From contig JBBCAX010000202.1 of the NCBI GenBank assembly GCA_051382335.1, positions 1 to 64,000 of the forward strand: a DNA stretch of 64,000 bases, written 5' to 3'. The notes below the pieces were generated by a model. The model saw only the letters and a list, made by a program, of their open reading frames with translations, ran no database searches and was not told the origin of the DNA. Origin of the DNA: Deltaproteobacteria bacterium TL4. GTDB lineage: Bacteria; SAR324; NAC60-12. Positions 19,392-29,124 of the stretch are shown one piece after another. The first letter of the stretch is position 1; every line of letters begins with the position of its first letter. Made by a program: the position numbers and the translations under genes.

Positions 19392-20735
19392 TCACTTTCG
19401 ACGATAAAATTGGGGGTTATCCGTGACATAATGAGAAAGAAAGGTCATTGGATCAGCAGCACGCCCGTTGATAATTATTTCATAATGCAGATGCGGACCT
19501 GTACTCCTTCCCGTACTTCCCGCAAGCGCAATCACATCCCCACGTTTGACATTGTCATCTTTTTTAACTTTTATCTCAGAGAGATGAGCATATCGGGTGG
19601 CATAACGCATTTTATCTTTCTTAGGATGAAATCCTTGTCCATGCCGGATTTCTATGAATAAACCGTAGCCTGATTGACGTTTTGCCCGATGAACCACACC
19701 ATCCGCAGTCGCGTAAACGATAGCTCCTCTCTGGGCCACAAAATCGGTTCCTGAGTGAAAAGCAAGTTCAGCGGTAAAAGGATCAATCCGCATTCCAAAA
19801 TCATCGGAAATAAAAAGGCTTTTTACAGGTAGAATGGTTGGTGTGTTTCTCCATAAGGCCCGATTTTCCTCAATAGAAAACGCTATCTTTTCATACTGAC
19901 GTACGGCATCTTCATAGTAGGAGGAAGTATCCTGCATCAATTGCCGAAGATATCCTGAGTAAATCAGAGAGTCCTCCGATTCAATGGCTAAACGGTCTTG
20001 TAATGTGGGGCCCCCTCTCCCGGTTTTTCCAGGAACTTTCATCAACCCATGTGATTTTTGCGGAACGACCTTGATTCCTGTAACCTCTTGTATTTTTTCT
20101 GAAAGTAAATCTACCGTTTGACCTTTAGCTTTTACAAGCTGTAAATTTCCTTCCAATTCCCGTTCCATTTCTGAAATTTTTAAACGAAGTTGTTTGATTA
20201 AAGACGCTTGTTCCTCATACGTGACTTTTCTGGAGTTAAATTGTTTCAGAACACGGTCAAATTGTTGAAAATTATGGGAGAGCAATTCCATCCAGGATAC
20301 GGCTTGATGGGGATGATGAGGATCATAAGTGTTTGACAAACACTCTGCTGCTAAAGTATCACAAATATAGTCGTGGAGTTCTTTGAGTTTATCGATGTTC
20401 GTTTTGGTCAGAGCAATATGTTTTTTCAGTGCCGTTTCGCTATTATTGGCAGATTCTTTGAGTTCCTCAACATAATCTTCTAAAAACGCAATGCGTTCTT
20501 CTTTATCAGAAAATAAGCCTATCTCTTGGCGAAGTGTCGCCTTCGCTGTATCCTGTTCCGCAATCATCTGCTGTTGTTGAATGATTTTTTGATGCTGGGA
20601 GTAGTATAAGCAACCTAATGCGATAAATCCTGATAAAACACAAGCAATCACGCCGTAAACAAGTTTGGAACCGACAGAAAAATGATAAACTACAGCATTG
20701 GGGTTTTTAAGAAATATGATCGAAAATTCTTTCAT
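19392..20735 (-). CDS. membrane-anchored coiled-coil M23 metallopeptidase
   Basis: N-terminal TM, long coiled coil, HSGTD and GPHLHYE zinc motifs. Confidence 0.93.
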   Translation of the reverse strand: MKEFSIIFLKNPNAVVYHFSVGSKLVYGVIACVLSGFIALGCLYYSQHQKIIQQQQMIAEQDTAKATLRQEIGLFSDKEERIAFLEDYVEELKESANNSETALKKHIALTKTNIDKLKELHDYICDTLAAECLSNTYDPHHPHQAVSWMELLSHNFQQFDRVLKQFNSRKVTYEEQASLIKQLRLKISEMERELEGNLQLVKAKGQTVDLLSEKIQEVTGIKVVPQKSHGLMKVPGKTGRGGPTLQDRLAIESEDSLIYSGYLRQLMQDTSSYYEDAVRQYEKIAFSIEENRALWRNTPTILPVKSLFISDDFGMRIDPFTAELAFHSGTDFVAQRGAIVYATADGVVHRAKRQSGYGLFIEIRHGQGFHPKKDKMRYATRYAHLSEIKVKKDDNVKRGDVIALAGSTGRSTGPHLHYEIIINGRAADPMTFLSHYVTDNPQFYRRK

Positions 20736-21043
20736 AAGCTTATGCACCAACAACAAGAAAGTGAAACTTCTACTTCAATTCGAAGTGATTCAATTACTCC
20801 CCACTGCATAACAAGTTAGATGGTGTTTTGCAATGTATTTCTTAATTCACGCAAAATATATTCCATTTTTATGACTTCCCCCATAATATATAGTAAAATT
20901 CGTTAGAGCAAAACAGGATATGTTTTGACTCTTGATAGGTTAGAGTGTTACCAGTTCTATTGTTTGCTAGGAAGAGACCTTACCTATTATGTTAAAAAAG
21001 CATAAGTTTAAAGACCCTAATTTTTTCAAAGGAATTGAGTCCC

Positions 21044-23200
21044 ATGTCAACTGCGGAAAAAGCTATTACTTTTGATCAACTACTCCTTCAGTATGTCGAA
21101 CAGCAAATGGCCGCTGTGGAGCGCGGAGAGGAAATACGCCAATACCTTACGCCTGAGTTACGTAAAAAACTATTGGAACAACTCATGATCGTTCAAGAAG
21201 GAGAAGAAAAAACAACTCCTTTTTTTGATAACATCAGTTTGACGTTGATGGCTCAGGTTTTTGCTCAAGCCGATGAATTTCAAAAAAAAATTTCAGAAGA
21301 CGAGCATCCGGCCTCTCTCCTTTATGGGAATCCACAAGGTTGGTTTTGTCAAAGTTATGGATTTATGTTCAGTCCCGTTTCTTTCATAGAATTGATCCGT
21401 TTTTTTGGCGCCGGCAGGAACAAGTATGAAAAAGAAATTATTTTCCGAACACAAGTCGCAAAACTCATCAAAACCCAAGATACTGTTCGTAAAATTTCAG
21501 CGAATGATCAATTTATTGAAAAGTACATGAACGAATATCCTGATTTTGCTCGTACCTATCCTGAATTCCAAAAGAAAACACTGAAGCTTTCTAAAAGCTA
21601 TTCCTATAAAGAAAGTTTACTTAAAGGGATGTTTTTTCTGGTGAGAGACGTCAGTATCGCCTGTCTTAACGTTTTTTCTGACCTGAATATAGCCTTGCCC
21701 TCTCAAGCAAAAATGGCTTTCGACCGAAAAAGGTTTTATGAAGCTTTGATTCTTACCATGCGTCATTCCAAAGGAGATTTGTTTGAAACAGTTCTTCTGG
21801 ATCAGTATCCGACCCTTGTTAAAAGTCTGACTAACGTGATTCAACAATCATTCCTGCATCCGGAACTTTTCATGTTCCAACATATTAAACGTCAATACAT
21901 GATGGATTGGCTGGTATTTACCCTGAGAGAATATGACAAAGAGCATCGCGAAGTCTTCTATCAAGCGGGCAAATCAGGGATTTATAAAAAGTTTACACCT
22001 CTGGATCTTTCTGAAGATACCCTTAATGCCCTAAAAATTAGAGAACGTTTAATAGACAATGAGGTTATTGCGGCTGAATGTGAGGCCTTGTCCGGGCTGG
22101 AGGAAGCCAGTTTTTATGAGCTGCTGCTCAGAATATACACTCGCTATAAAGATGATCACCTGTTAGGCAAGGGACTCCCTATGGCCGCACAAGCGTTGTC
22201 TTCAGGCGGAGACATTTCTTGGGATAAACAGAACATGGTTGCTCAGGTTTCGCAAAAAATGGAAGAAGCCAAGAAAGATCCTTCCAAAGCCAAACACTTT
22301 CAAGGGATGCTCCTTTCACTCAAAAAAGTGGTTGAAGTCTTTACTCATATTGTTAAAAAACAACAAGATGCGGTGGAAGCCTCAAAAGCTAAGCAGTCCG
22401 AAACAGAGCCAGAGGAGGAACCTATCAACATTGAATCCGCAGAACCTGAACCCCCTCCCCCCCCGGTGTTCGAGGTTTTGCACTCTGGTGTTTTGCTGGA
22501 ACCCTGCTTTCCTTTAAGAAAAGGGGAAGTGCTGGAACCGGTAAAAGGACAACGCCAGGATAGAGCGTTTAAGGATTCCGACGATACGGCGGCTGTTGCT
22601 CCTACCGAACAAGAATACATAGTGAATTTTTTCAACATCACCAATGAGAAAAACCTTCCTATCAACAAATATTATAATAAATTTTCCAATGCCACGATGG
22701 CTATTTTGCGAACTTACGAAAAGATGGTTGAGTATGTCACAAAAAAGATTTCTGTCGGAGGCAATGTCTCCGCCTTTACAGAAGATTTACTCTATCTTAA
22801 AATCACAGACAGTATTATTTTGACCTTGGGAAATACGAATATGGGACAAAGTCCCAATATTGGAAAACTTCAGGGAGGCAAGACCGCTTATTTCCGCTTA
22901 TTTCTTGGTGGCGATTTGGCAAAAATCCTGTTCAGAACCAATTCGACAAGTTATTTAAAAGCGTTTCGAATCGGTGAGAATGTGGTGCGTTTCAAAGAAG
23001 TTCAGCTTGAACACTTTCGCAACAAACCCCAACTGGAAGCGTTAATGGTTCATGCTTATTTGAAAGTCATTGAAAGCTTGCCGCAGGATCAATTTGACTT
23101 TTTGAATGATGAATCTTTAATCGGTTTTGTCAGTATCTTACAGCACAAAGCGAATCAGCTTAAAGCGAAGGGTGCTGATTTCAATAAAACCATACCCTAG
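21044..23200 (+). CDS. large hypothetical protein
   Basis: ~718-aa open frame, helical N half, acidic Pro-rich linker; no family recognised. Confidence 0.85.
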   Translation: MSTAEKAITFDQLLLQYVEQQMAAVERGEEIRQYLTPELRKKLLEQLMIVQEGEEKTTPFFDNISLTLMAQVFAQADEFQKKISEDEHPASLLYGNPQGWFCQSYGFMFSPVSFIELIRFFGAGRNKYEKEIIFRTQVAKLIKTQDTVRKISANDQFIEKYMNEYPDFARTYPEFQKKTLKLSKSYSYKESLLKGMFFLVRDVSIACLNVFSDLNIALPSQAKMAFDRKRFYEALILTMRHSKGDLFETVLLDQYPTLVKSLTNVIQQSFLHPELFMFQHIKRQYMMDWLVFTLREYDKEHREVFYQAGKSGIYKKFTPLDLSEDTLNALKIRERLIDNEVIAAECEALSGLEEASFYELLLRIYTRYKDDHLLGKGLPMAAQALSSGGDISWDKQNMVAQVSQKMEEAKKDPSKAKHFQGMLLSLKKVVEVFTHIVKKQQDAVEASKAKQSETEPEEEPINIESAEPEPPPPPVFEVLHSGVLLEPCFPLRKGEVLEPVKGQRQDRAFKDSDDTAAVAPTEQEYIVNFFNITNEKNLPINKYYNKFSNATMAILRTYEKMVEYVTKKISVGGNVSAFTEDLLYLKITDSIILTLGNTNMGQSPNIGKLQGGKTAYFRLFLGGDLAKILFRTNSTSYLKAFRIGENVVRFKEVQLEHFRNKPQLEALMVHAYLKVIESLPQDQFDFLNDESLIGFVSILQHKANQLKAKGADFNKTIP

Positions 23201-23201
23201 A

Positions 23202-24125
23202 ATGAGTGTTATGGAATCATCACCACCTGTTTCGTTAAGACATCGAATAGAGTACGCAATTTTTTCAGTACTTAAAAAGTTGTCATTAAACGCCTCTGAG
23301 TTTCAACTCAAAATTTATCGACAGACCCTGTATTTACTCCTCTTCCATGTTTTAAGGATTTGTCGGAGAATCGTTCGTCTTAACTTGGAGATTGCCTTTC
23401 CTCAATATTCGGAGGCCGAGAAGAAAAGAATAGCAAAAGCTAATTACCATTGGGCTTCCCGCTTTACTTTTGATCTCCTGCGTTTAGATCATCAAAAGGG
23501 GAAAACCGGAAAATCCATGCAAATCAAGAATTCATCAATCCTGGATGACGCACTTGCCGAAAATAAAGGCATCTTACTCGTTAGCGGTCATTTGGGACAG
23601 TGGGAGATGATTGCGCCAACTCTTGCGGAACAGGGGTACCCTGTCACCATGTACGTGGGAGAACAATCCAATCAACTCGTTGATGAGCATCATAACAAAG
23701 TTCGTCAGATGTTTGGAATCCCCACCATTGGCAAAGCAAAATCCTCAGCCCTCCACTTGGGACGGGCCTTATCCAAAAATCAGATGATATGTATGTTGGT
23801 AGATCAAAATAATCGAAAATCAGGCTTATTTGTGGACTTTTTTAGCAAGCAAGCCTCAATGAGCAAGGGCTTGGCTTTGTTTTATTACTTGCGCCAATGT
23901 CCTGTCGTTTTTGTTTCCTGCCTTTATAGAGAGGATCACCTGGTTATGGATTTTGAAAGAATCAATTACGCGATTACGGGTGAAAAAGAACAAGATTTGC
24001 ATGGCCTTTCTCAAGCGGTTTCCTCTGTTTTGGAAGCAACAATTCGTCAATATCCAGAACAGTATTTCTGGATGCATCGTCGCTGGAAAACAAGACCTCC
24101 AGAAGAGCAGAGCCCCATTTATTAG
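23202..24125 (+). CDS. lipid A late acyltransferase (LpxL/HtrB family)
   Basis: GHLGQWE catalytic motif, LVDQ, FVDFF, PEQYFWMHRRWK. Confidence 0.92.
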   Translation: MSVMESSPPVSLRHRIEYAIFSVLKKLSLNASEFQLKIYRQTLYLLLFHVLRICRRIVRLNLEIAFPQYSEAEKKRIAKANYHWASRFTFDLLRLDHQKGKTGKSMQIKNSSILDDALAENKGILLVSGHLGQWEMIAPTLAEQGYPVTMYVGEQSNQLVDEHHNKVRQMFGIPTIGKAKSSALHLGRALSKNQMICMLVDQNNRKSGLFVDFFSKQASMSKGLALFYYLRQCPVVFVSCLYREDHLVMDFERINYAITGEKEQDLHGLSQAVSSVLEATIRQYPEQYFWMHRRWKTRPPEEQSPIY

Positions 24126-24175
24126 AATGCGGAGACTCCCTGTTCCCTTAATATTTTCAGTTTTTAAAAAACGCT

Positions 24176-25132
24176 ATGATTTTGAGTAAAGAAAAAATCA
24201 AATATACAAAAGGAATTTATTATCGATTGGTACGAAAAACCCGTCGCTTTTTTTCCCGTCAATTGTTTGAAGGCTACAGTACCTTTCTGGACAGGGTGAT
24301 TTTTCGGATATTCGCCGCAGTGAACACTATTGGCAAGGCGCTTTCCCCCAAAGCTACCAGAGACGCCGTTTACAATATATTGTTAGCGTATCTTCTGACA
24401 GAATTACCCGTGTATGAAGAACCTTTGCAAACCCTGAATGGAACACGTGTTGAAGAAAGTTTGTTTCTGGTTTATAAAAAAAAACGATTTATGGAAGCCG
24501 CACAACCTGGCGATGTGATTTTGATTCGTGGCAATCAACGCATTAGCAGAATCATTCAAACCCTGACACACTCGGCGTATAGTCATGCCGCCATTTACAT
24601 GGGGAACGGTGATATTGTTGAATCTGAACCGGGAGGAGTTTTACAAAGCTCCATCGATAGGTATATTCATTTGGATATTCGCATTTGTCGTCCTGTCATG
24701 ATGACAGAAAAGGGCAAAGAAATCCTCTTGGAACATGTGAAGGAAACTTTAAAGCAACAGCCCAAGTATGATGTAAAAAATATCGAGAACCTATTGTTCA
24801 AGTATATCTATGTTAAATTTCGTCCCGATGTTCAGGTCTATATTGGGGGTACCACGAAGTTTGAAAAGTACTACATTTGTTCAGGAATGATTGCTCATGG
24901 ATTTCACAAAGCGGGTTATCCGATTGTTCCTTCCTTACATTTTCGTAAAAAAAGAAAACAACCGATGCCCACATTAGAAACCATCTCCGATTATTTTGAT
25001 TGGGTTGTTCACAGCAACAAGAACTACAGTCATATTGTTCCTGGCGATTTCGATAACAGTTCCTTTTTTGTCCCTGTCAAATTCCTGTGTCTTGATTCAC
25101 AACCCCATTCACGAAGACGGGCGTTCAAGTAG
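24176..25132 (+). CDS. permuted papain-like NlpC/P60 enzyme (YiiX/YebB family)
   Basis: QPGDVIL, YSHAAIY (His precedes Cys), YD, YICSGMI. Confidence 0.85.
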   Translation: MILSKEKIKYTKGIYYRLVRKTRRFFSRQLFEGYSTFLDRVIFRIFAAVNTIGKALSPKATRDAVYNILLAYLLTELPVYEEPLQTLNGTRVEESLFLVYKKKRFMEAAQPGDVILIRGNQRISRIIQTLTHSAYSHAAIYMGNGDIVESEPGGVLQSSIDRYIHLDIRICRPVMMTEKGKEILLEHVKETLKQQPKYDVKNIENLLFKYIYVKFRPDVQVYIGGTTKFEKYYICSGMIAHGFHKAGYPIVPSLHFRKKRKQPMPTLETISDYFDWVVHSNKNYSHIVPGDFDNSSFFVPVKFLCLDSQPHSRRRAFK

Positions 25133-25135
25133 ATT

Positions 25136-25771
25136 CTAGAACCCTTTAACTAGCTGAACAATATCGTTATTACCGGCAGCATAGTTATTGGTGTCGCTGT
25201 GACTTGTTTGGATGACCCGATCGGTTCCTGCTGAGATCACAATCAGAGGCGCACTTAAATTGTCATAAGTAAAATTCCCCATAATAAAGTATCGGGCTTT
25301 CCAGGGGTCTATTGGAATGTTGGGTAAGTAGGGACCTCTAAATCCTGTGCCATAGGCATCCGCAGGAATATCCTGTCCCACAGAGTTCGTAATTAGATGT
25401 GACGCGATAGAGTCCCAATTTGCGGTTGAGGAGGGGTTGGCATAATTTGCCGGAATAGTGGCCGCCGCGATTTTACTTACCTCAAGGACTTTCACTGCCA
25501 CTGGCGGTTCACTGCGTAACCCCTTCGCCGCACCTCCTGTCACATTTTTGAAACTTTGTTTGACATCATCAAAGTAGGCCATGATGGCTCTGGCAATCGC
25601 CTGAGTATCCGATGTGGCTGCCGTCTGCCGGGTTCTTTCCATGGTATCAATAGCAACAGGGACAACGACCGACCCTAGAATCCCCATGACTCCAATGGCA
25701 ATGACAACTTCCATTAAAGAAAATCCAAAAGACTTAAAAGTTTTCAGAAATCGTGATCGCAAAACTTTCAT
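25136..25771 (-). CDS. prepilin with GspG-like globular domain
   Basis: G|FSLME class III signal; GPYL..IDPW..Y; ISAGTD. Confidence 0.88.
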   Translation of the reverse strand: MKVLRSRFLKTFKSFGFSLMEVVIAIGVMGILGSVVVPVAIDTMERTRQTAATSDTQAIARAIMAYFDDVKQSFKNVTGGAAKGLRSEPPVAVKVLEVSKIAAATIPANYANPSSTANWDSIASHLITNSVGQDIPADAYGTGFRGPYLPNIPIDPWKARYFIMGNFTYDNLSAPLIVISAGTDRVIQTSHSDTNNYAAGNNDIVQLVKGF

Positions 25772-25855
25772 AAATTCTCCTCATGCTTTACAAATAAAAA
25801 GTTACGAACAAAACGGGTTTGTGTTTCTGGAACGAAGTGAGTTTCGCACCCATTG

Positions 25856-26419
25856 TTATCGACAAGTGGCACTCGGGTTGGAGAATAACAAGAATCCATA
25901 ATCCGTACTATCCAGATTAGAGTTCGAAACCTTTGTTTGAACACCGTCTTCACCACCGGAAAGAACCCAAATATATTTATCAGTAACGGCTGTAGGACAA
26001 AATCCACGCACAAACACTTCGTAATCCTTATCCCAAGGATCAAGAAATGTTGAAGAGACATACGGGCCTTTAAATAAGCTGGCGGCATAGCGGCTGTCAG
26101 CTTCGATCAAATGGTATTGAATGGATTGTCGTGCCCCAGAGTTGGAACCTGGACCGCTCAATAAGGCATCAATCACTTTCGTGTTATTCATGTAGATACC
26201 ACTATTATCGACATAAGGCCACCATCCCACATCCTTATTAAAACTCATCACAGCACTCCCTAAACCCTTTGCTTCCTGCCCCGCCTTGGTGATATTTGCC
26301 TCTTCGATATTTCTACCCGCTAACGGCAGCAATGCCGCGGTAAGTAATGACATGATCCCTAAGACCGTTAAGATCTCTACCATAGAAAATGCTTTCAGCT
26401 TTTTACGAATAAGATTCAT
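25856..26419 (-). CDS. prepilin with GspG-like globular domain
   Basis: A|FSMVE signal; KGPYV..LDPWDKDY; LSGGEDG. Confidence 0.88.
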   Translation of the reverse strand: MNLIRKKLKAFSMVEILTVLGIMSLLTAALLPLAGRNIEEANITKAGQEAKGLGSAVMSFNKDVGWWPYVDNSGIYMNNTKVIDALLSGPGSNSGARQSIQYHLIEADSRYAASLFKGPYVSSTFLDPWDKDYEVFVRGFCPTAVTDKYIWVLSGGEDGVQTKVSNSNLDSTDYGFLLFSNPSATCR

Positions 26420-26558
26420 AGTCTCCTTTTCGGTGAAATCGTTTTAATAATACCCCGACAGTCAGGCTCTGTCGCACAATAGGCATTGTTAATAAGGCAG
26501 CCGCTTCTGAAAAAGCACATGATATTCCTGAGTTTTGTCAAACCTACAAATTTTCCCT

Positions 26559-27143
26559 CTAACATTTAGAAGCATACATGCGTTTGCCTAAATCAAGGGA
26601 GTCAAGAGACGTTGTCGCGATTTTGCTGTCACCGACCCCTGTTTGAAGAATCCCATCAGAACCACTTGATATCACCCACCCATAGGTGTTAGGAGTTCCA
26701 CTTTCACAGGTGAACGCCTTAAGAAAGACCAGGTATGAATTACCCCATGGATCGAGACGATCTTCATCCAGATACGGCCCTTTCCAGTTCTTATAATTTG
26801 CGTTCGCGATAGGTGCGGTCGTGGGATCCGTAATTAAAAAATCTCTCAGCCCTTGAGAGGCAAAACCAAATACCGTTGAAACCCCTGTTATTCCTGAAGC
26901 CAAGGCACCAATTGTCCCGGCTCTGGCCTTGTAAATGCCAGGGTAGCGTTTGGTGTTGGAATGAAACATTTCCACAGCCATCATGATAGAACGGGTATCC
27001 CCTTGAGCTGTGGTGACACGTCCTCTTTCAATATTTTTGGTAACCAACGTTGCGCCAACACCACTCATAATCCCAATGACCGCCAGTGCAATCATTATTT
27101 CAACAAGCGAAAACCCTTTTAAACGATACCTCAGTTGACTCAT
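26559..27143 (-). CDS. prepilin with GspG-like globular domain
   Basis: G|FSLVE signal; WKGPYL..DPWGNSY; ISSGSDG; AAGGAGG RBS. Confidence 0.9.
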   Translation of the reverse strand: MSQLRYRLKGFSLVEIMIALAVIGIMSGVGATLVTKNIERGRVTTAQGDTRSIMMAVEMFHSNTKRYPGIYKARAGTIGALASGITGVSTVFGFASQGLRDFLITDPTTAPIANANYKNWKGPYLDEDRLDPWGNSYLVFLKAFTCESGTPNTYGWVISSGSDGILQTGVGDSKIATTSLDSLDLGKRMYASKC

Positions 27144-27210
27144 GCGGCCTCCTTATTAGAATGAACAGGTTAAGTTGATTTTACCGTTTTATATCAAGAG
27201 ATGCAATAAC

Positions 27211-29124
27211 TTAAAAAACCCTTTTGCTTTCATTACCCTTCAAACCATATTCCGACAGTCGCTGCTGTAAGACCTTCAGACTGTCTTGCAGTCCGCCCTC
27301 ACGATTACGAAAAAGCCACACTTGTTGAAAGAGCCCCAAGATCAATCGCATTTCTTGAGCAAGCTTGTCCTGAGTAGAACGGTCCTCTAATTGACTCTGT
27401 AGCACAGCAATTCCCCGGTGGCAACTATGAATCAACATTTGGATTACATTTTCAAACTCCTGATGCACCCAACGTGGGTTGTAACACTGTAATTGTGTTT
27501 GCGACAGTTCAACGAGTAAATTGTGTAACTTATTTTCCGTTTCGTGTAGGTGAGCTACTGTCACTTTTTCAAACACTTTATGGGAGGCTTCTCGAAAGAG
27601 AAGCTGAAACAAAATACTGTTATTAGCCATCAACGCATTAGGGATCTGGTACACATTACCCAAATCCAAGCAGAAGGTCCCCATTTTTTTGGCTTGATCC
27701 CAAAATACGTGCTGGTCTAATGCCTGGGAGAGGGCGAGATGCTGATTGCTTTCCAGGCACCAGGAAAAAGAGGCTCCCGCTAAAAATCCAGGATAGCTTA
27801 CAGGCAGAGGTTGCCAATGTCCACGGTCACCCCAGTCGGTAATGAGATATCCCGAAGCTCCGTGTTTGAGACCGTTAGCTGCCGCCTGTCGCAGGTTTTC
27901 AATACAATTTGCGGTTCTCCCCGCAATGCTATTCCAGGAAGAGGTTCCAGGACAAACATAAAACGGAATGCCCGCGTCAGCAAATTTTGCGCCCTGTTCA
28001 TCAAAAGGATGATTTGCCTCATAGCCCCATGCCAAGGCAATGACCTCTTTGGGAAGTTCAGAAACATACTCCGGATGTTCTAAAATAATATCGCCCCAGA
28101 ACATCATCTGACGATGATGTGAGTCCACTCGTTTATGAATTTTTAACAAAAAATCCAGGTAGACCTTGCCTTTTCCATAAGCATCACAAGCGTCTTTGCT
28201 CCGCCCCTGACCCAAGTCAAAAGTTTCGTCACATCCCACGTTGAAATAGGGGCTTTGGAAATTAGGCAGTAATTCGGAATACCACTCCTCCAGCAAGTCC
28301 AAACTTTCAGGCAGTGTCGGACACAAACTGAAAGGAAACGCGTTCCATTCACCCCAAGGCCATCTAAAGCCCTCAGGACACTCTGCCAAATGGCGATATT
28401 GAGGCAAGGTCAACCATCGGTGTAAGTGTCCGAAAGAGTTCTGGTTTGGCACCAAGTCTATAAATCGCTGTTGGCAATAGTGATCAATGGTTAAGATATC
28501 TTCACTGGTATAAGGACTGGCTTGGGCCCAGACGTCACGGTGTTGACGGTAAGCAAAGGTATGCTCTATATAAAGCTGGAGATGATTAATTTTCCACTCG
28601 GCAAATAAATCAAGCAAAGCAAAAAGGGTTTGAAGTTTTGGAACCTTATCACGGCTGATGTCCAGCATAACGCCGCGTGTGGGAAAATCAGGATAATCTT
28701 CAATTTCAAGACATGGAAGGTGACAGGAACATTGACGCAATAACTGTCGAAGGGTCATCAAGCCATAAAAGATCCCAACGGTTGCCTCAGCAACCAAATG
28801 GATTTCACGTTCTGTGATACTCAGATGGTATCCCTGAGTGATCAAACAGGAGCGGGTCGAAACTGTTGCTTGAAGTTCAATAACAATGGGGTAAGAAGCA
28901 CTTGATGAATTTCCAAGTTTCTGGGGAACCTCAGGTTTTGACACAAATCGAATTTCAGCATCACAATGAACCAGGGAGCGAAGGTCACCTTGCAGTTGCT
29001 GCGCCAGTGCCCAAAGTGAGGAAGACGGACCATAACAACAGATCTGGATCATTGAAGTCAGTACAGCCTGTGTTCCTTTGAGTTCAAGCTTGCGTGGGCA
29101 AGGTGAAAGGACCAGTGCACTCAT
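27211..29124 (-). CDS. glycoside hydrolase family 20 (beta-N-acetylhexosaminidase)
   Basis: EDYPDFPTRGVMLDISR, FGH, catalytic GCDE; no signal peptide; ATGA overlap with lpxA. Confidence 0.92.
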   Translation of the reverse strand: MSALVLSPCPRKLELKGTQAVLTSMIQICCYGPSSSLWALAQQLQGDLRSLVHCDAEIRFVSKPEVPQKLGNSSSASYPIVIELQATVSTRSCLITQGYHLSITEREIHLVAEATVGIFYGLMTLRQLLRQCSCHLPCLEIEDYPDFPTRGVMLDISRDKVPKLQTLFALLDLFAEWKINHLQLYIEHTFAYRQHRDVWAQASPYTSEDILTIDHYCQQRFIDLVPNQNSFGHLHRWLTLPQYRHLAECPEGFRWPWGEWNAFPFSLCPTLPESLDLLEEWYSELLPNFQSPYFNVGCDETFDLGQGRSKDACDAYGKGKVYLDFLLKIHKRVDSHHRQMMFWGDIILEHPEYVSELPKEVIALAWGYEANHPFDEQGAKFADAGIPFYVCPGTSSWNSIAGRTANCIENLRQAAANGLKHGASGYLITDWGDRGHWQPLPVSYPGFLAGASFSWCLESNQHLALSQALDQHVFWDQAKKMGTFCLDLGNVYQIPNALMANNSILFQLLFREASHKVFEKVTVAHLHETENKLHNLLVELSQTQLQCYNPRWVHQEFENVIQMLIHSCHRGIAVLQSQLEDRSTQDKLAQEMRLILGLFQQVWLFRNREGGLQDSLKVLQQRLSEYGLKGNESKRVF

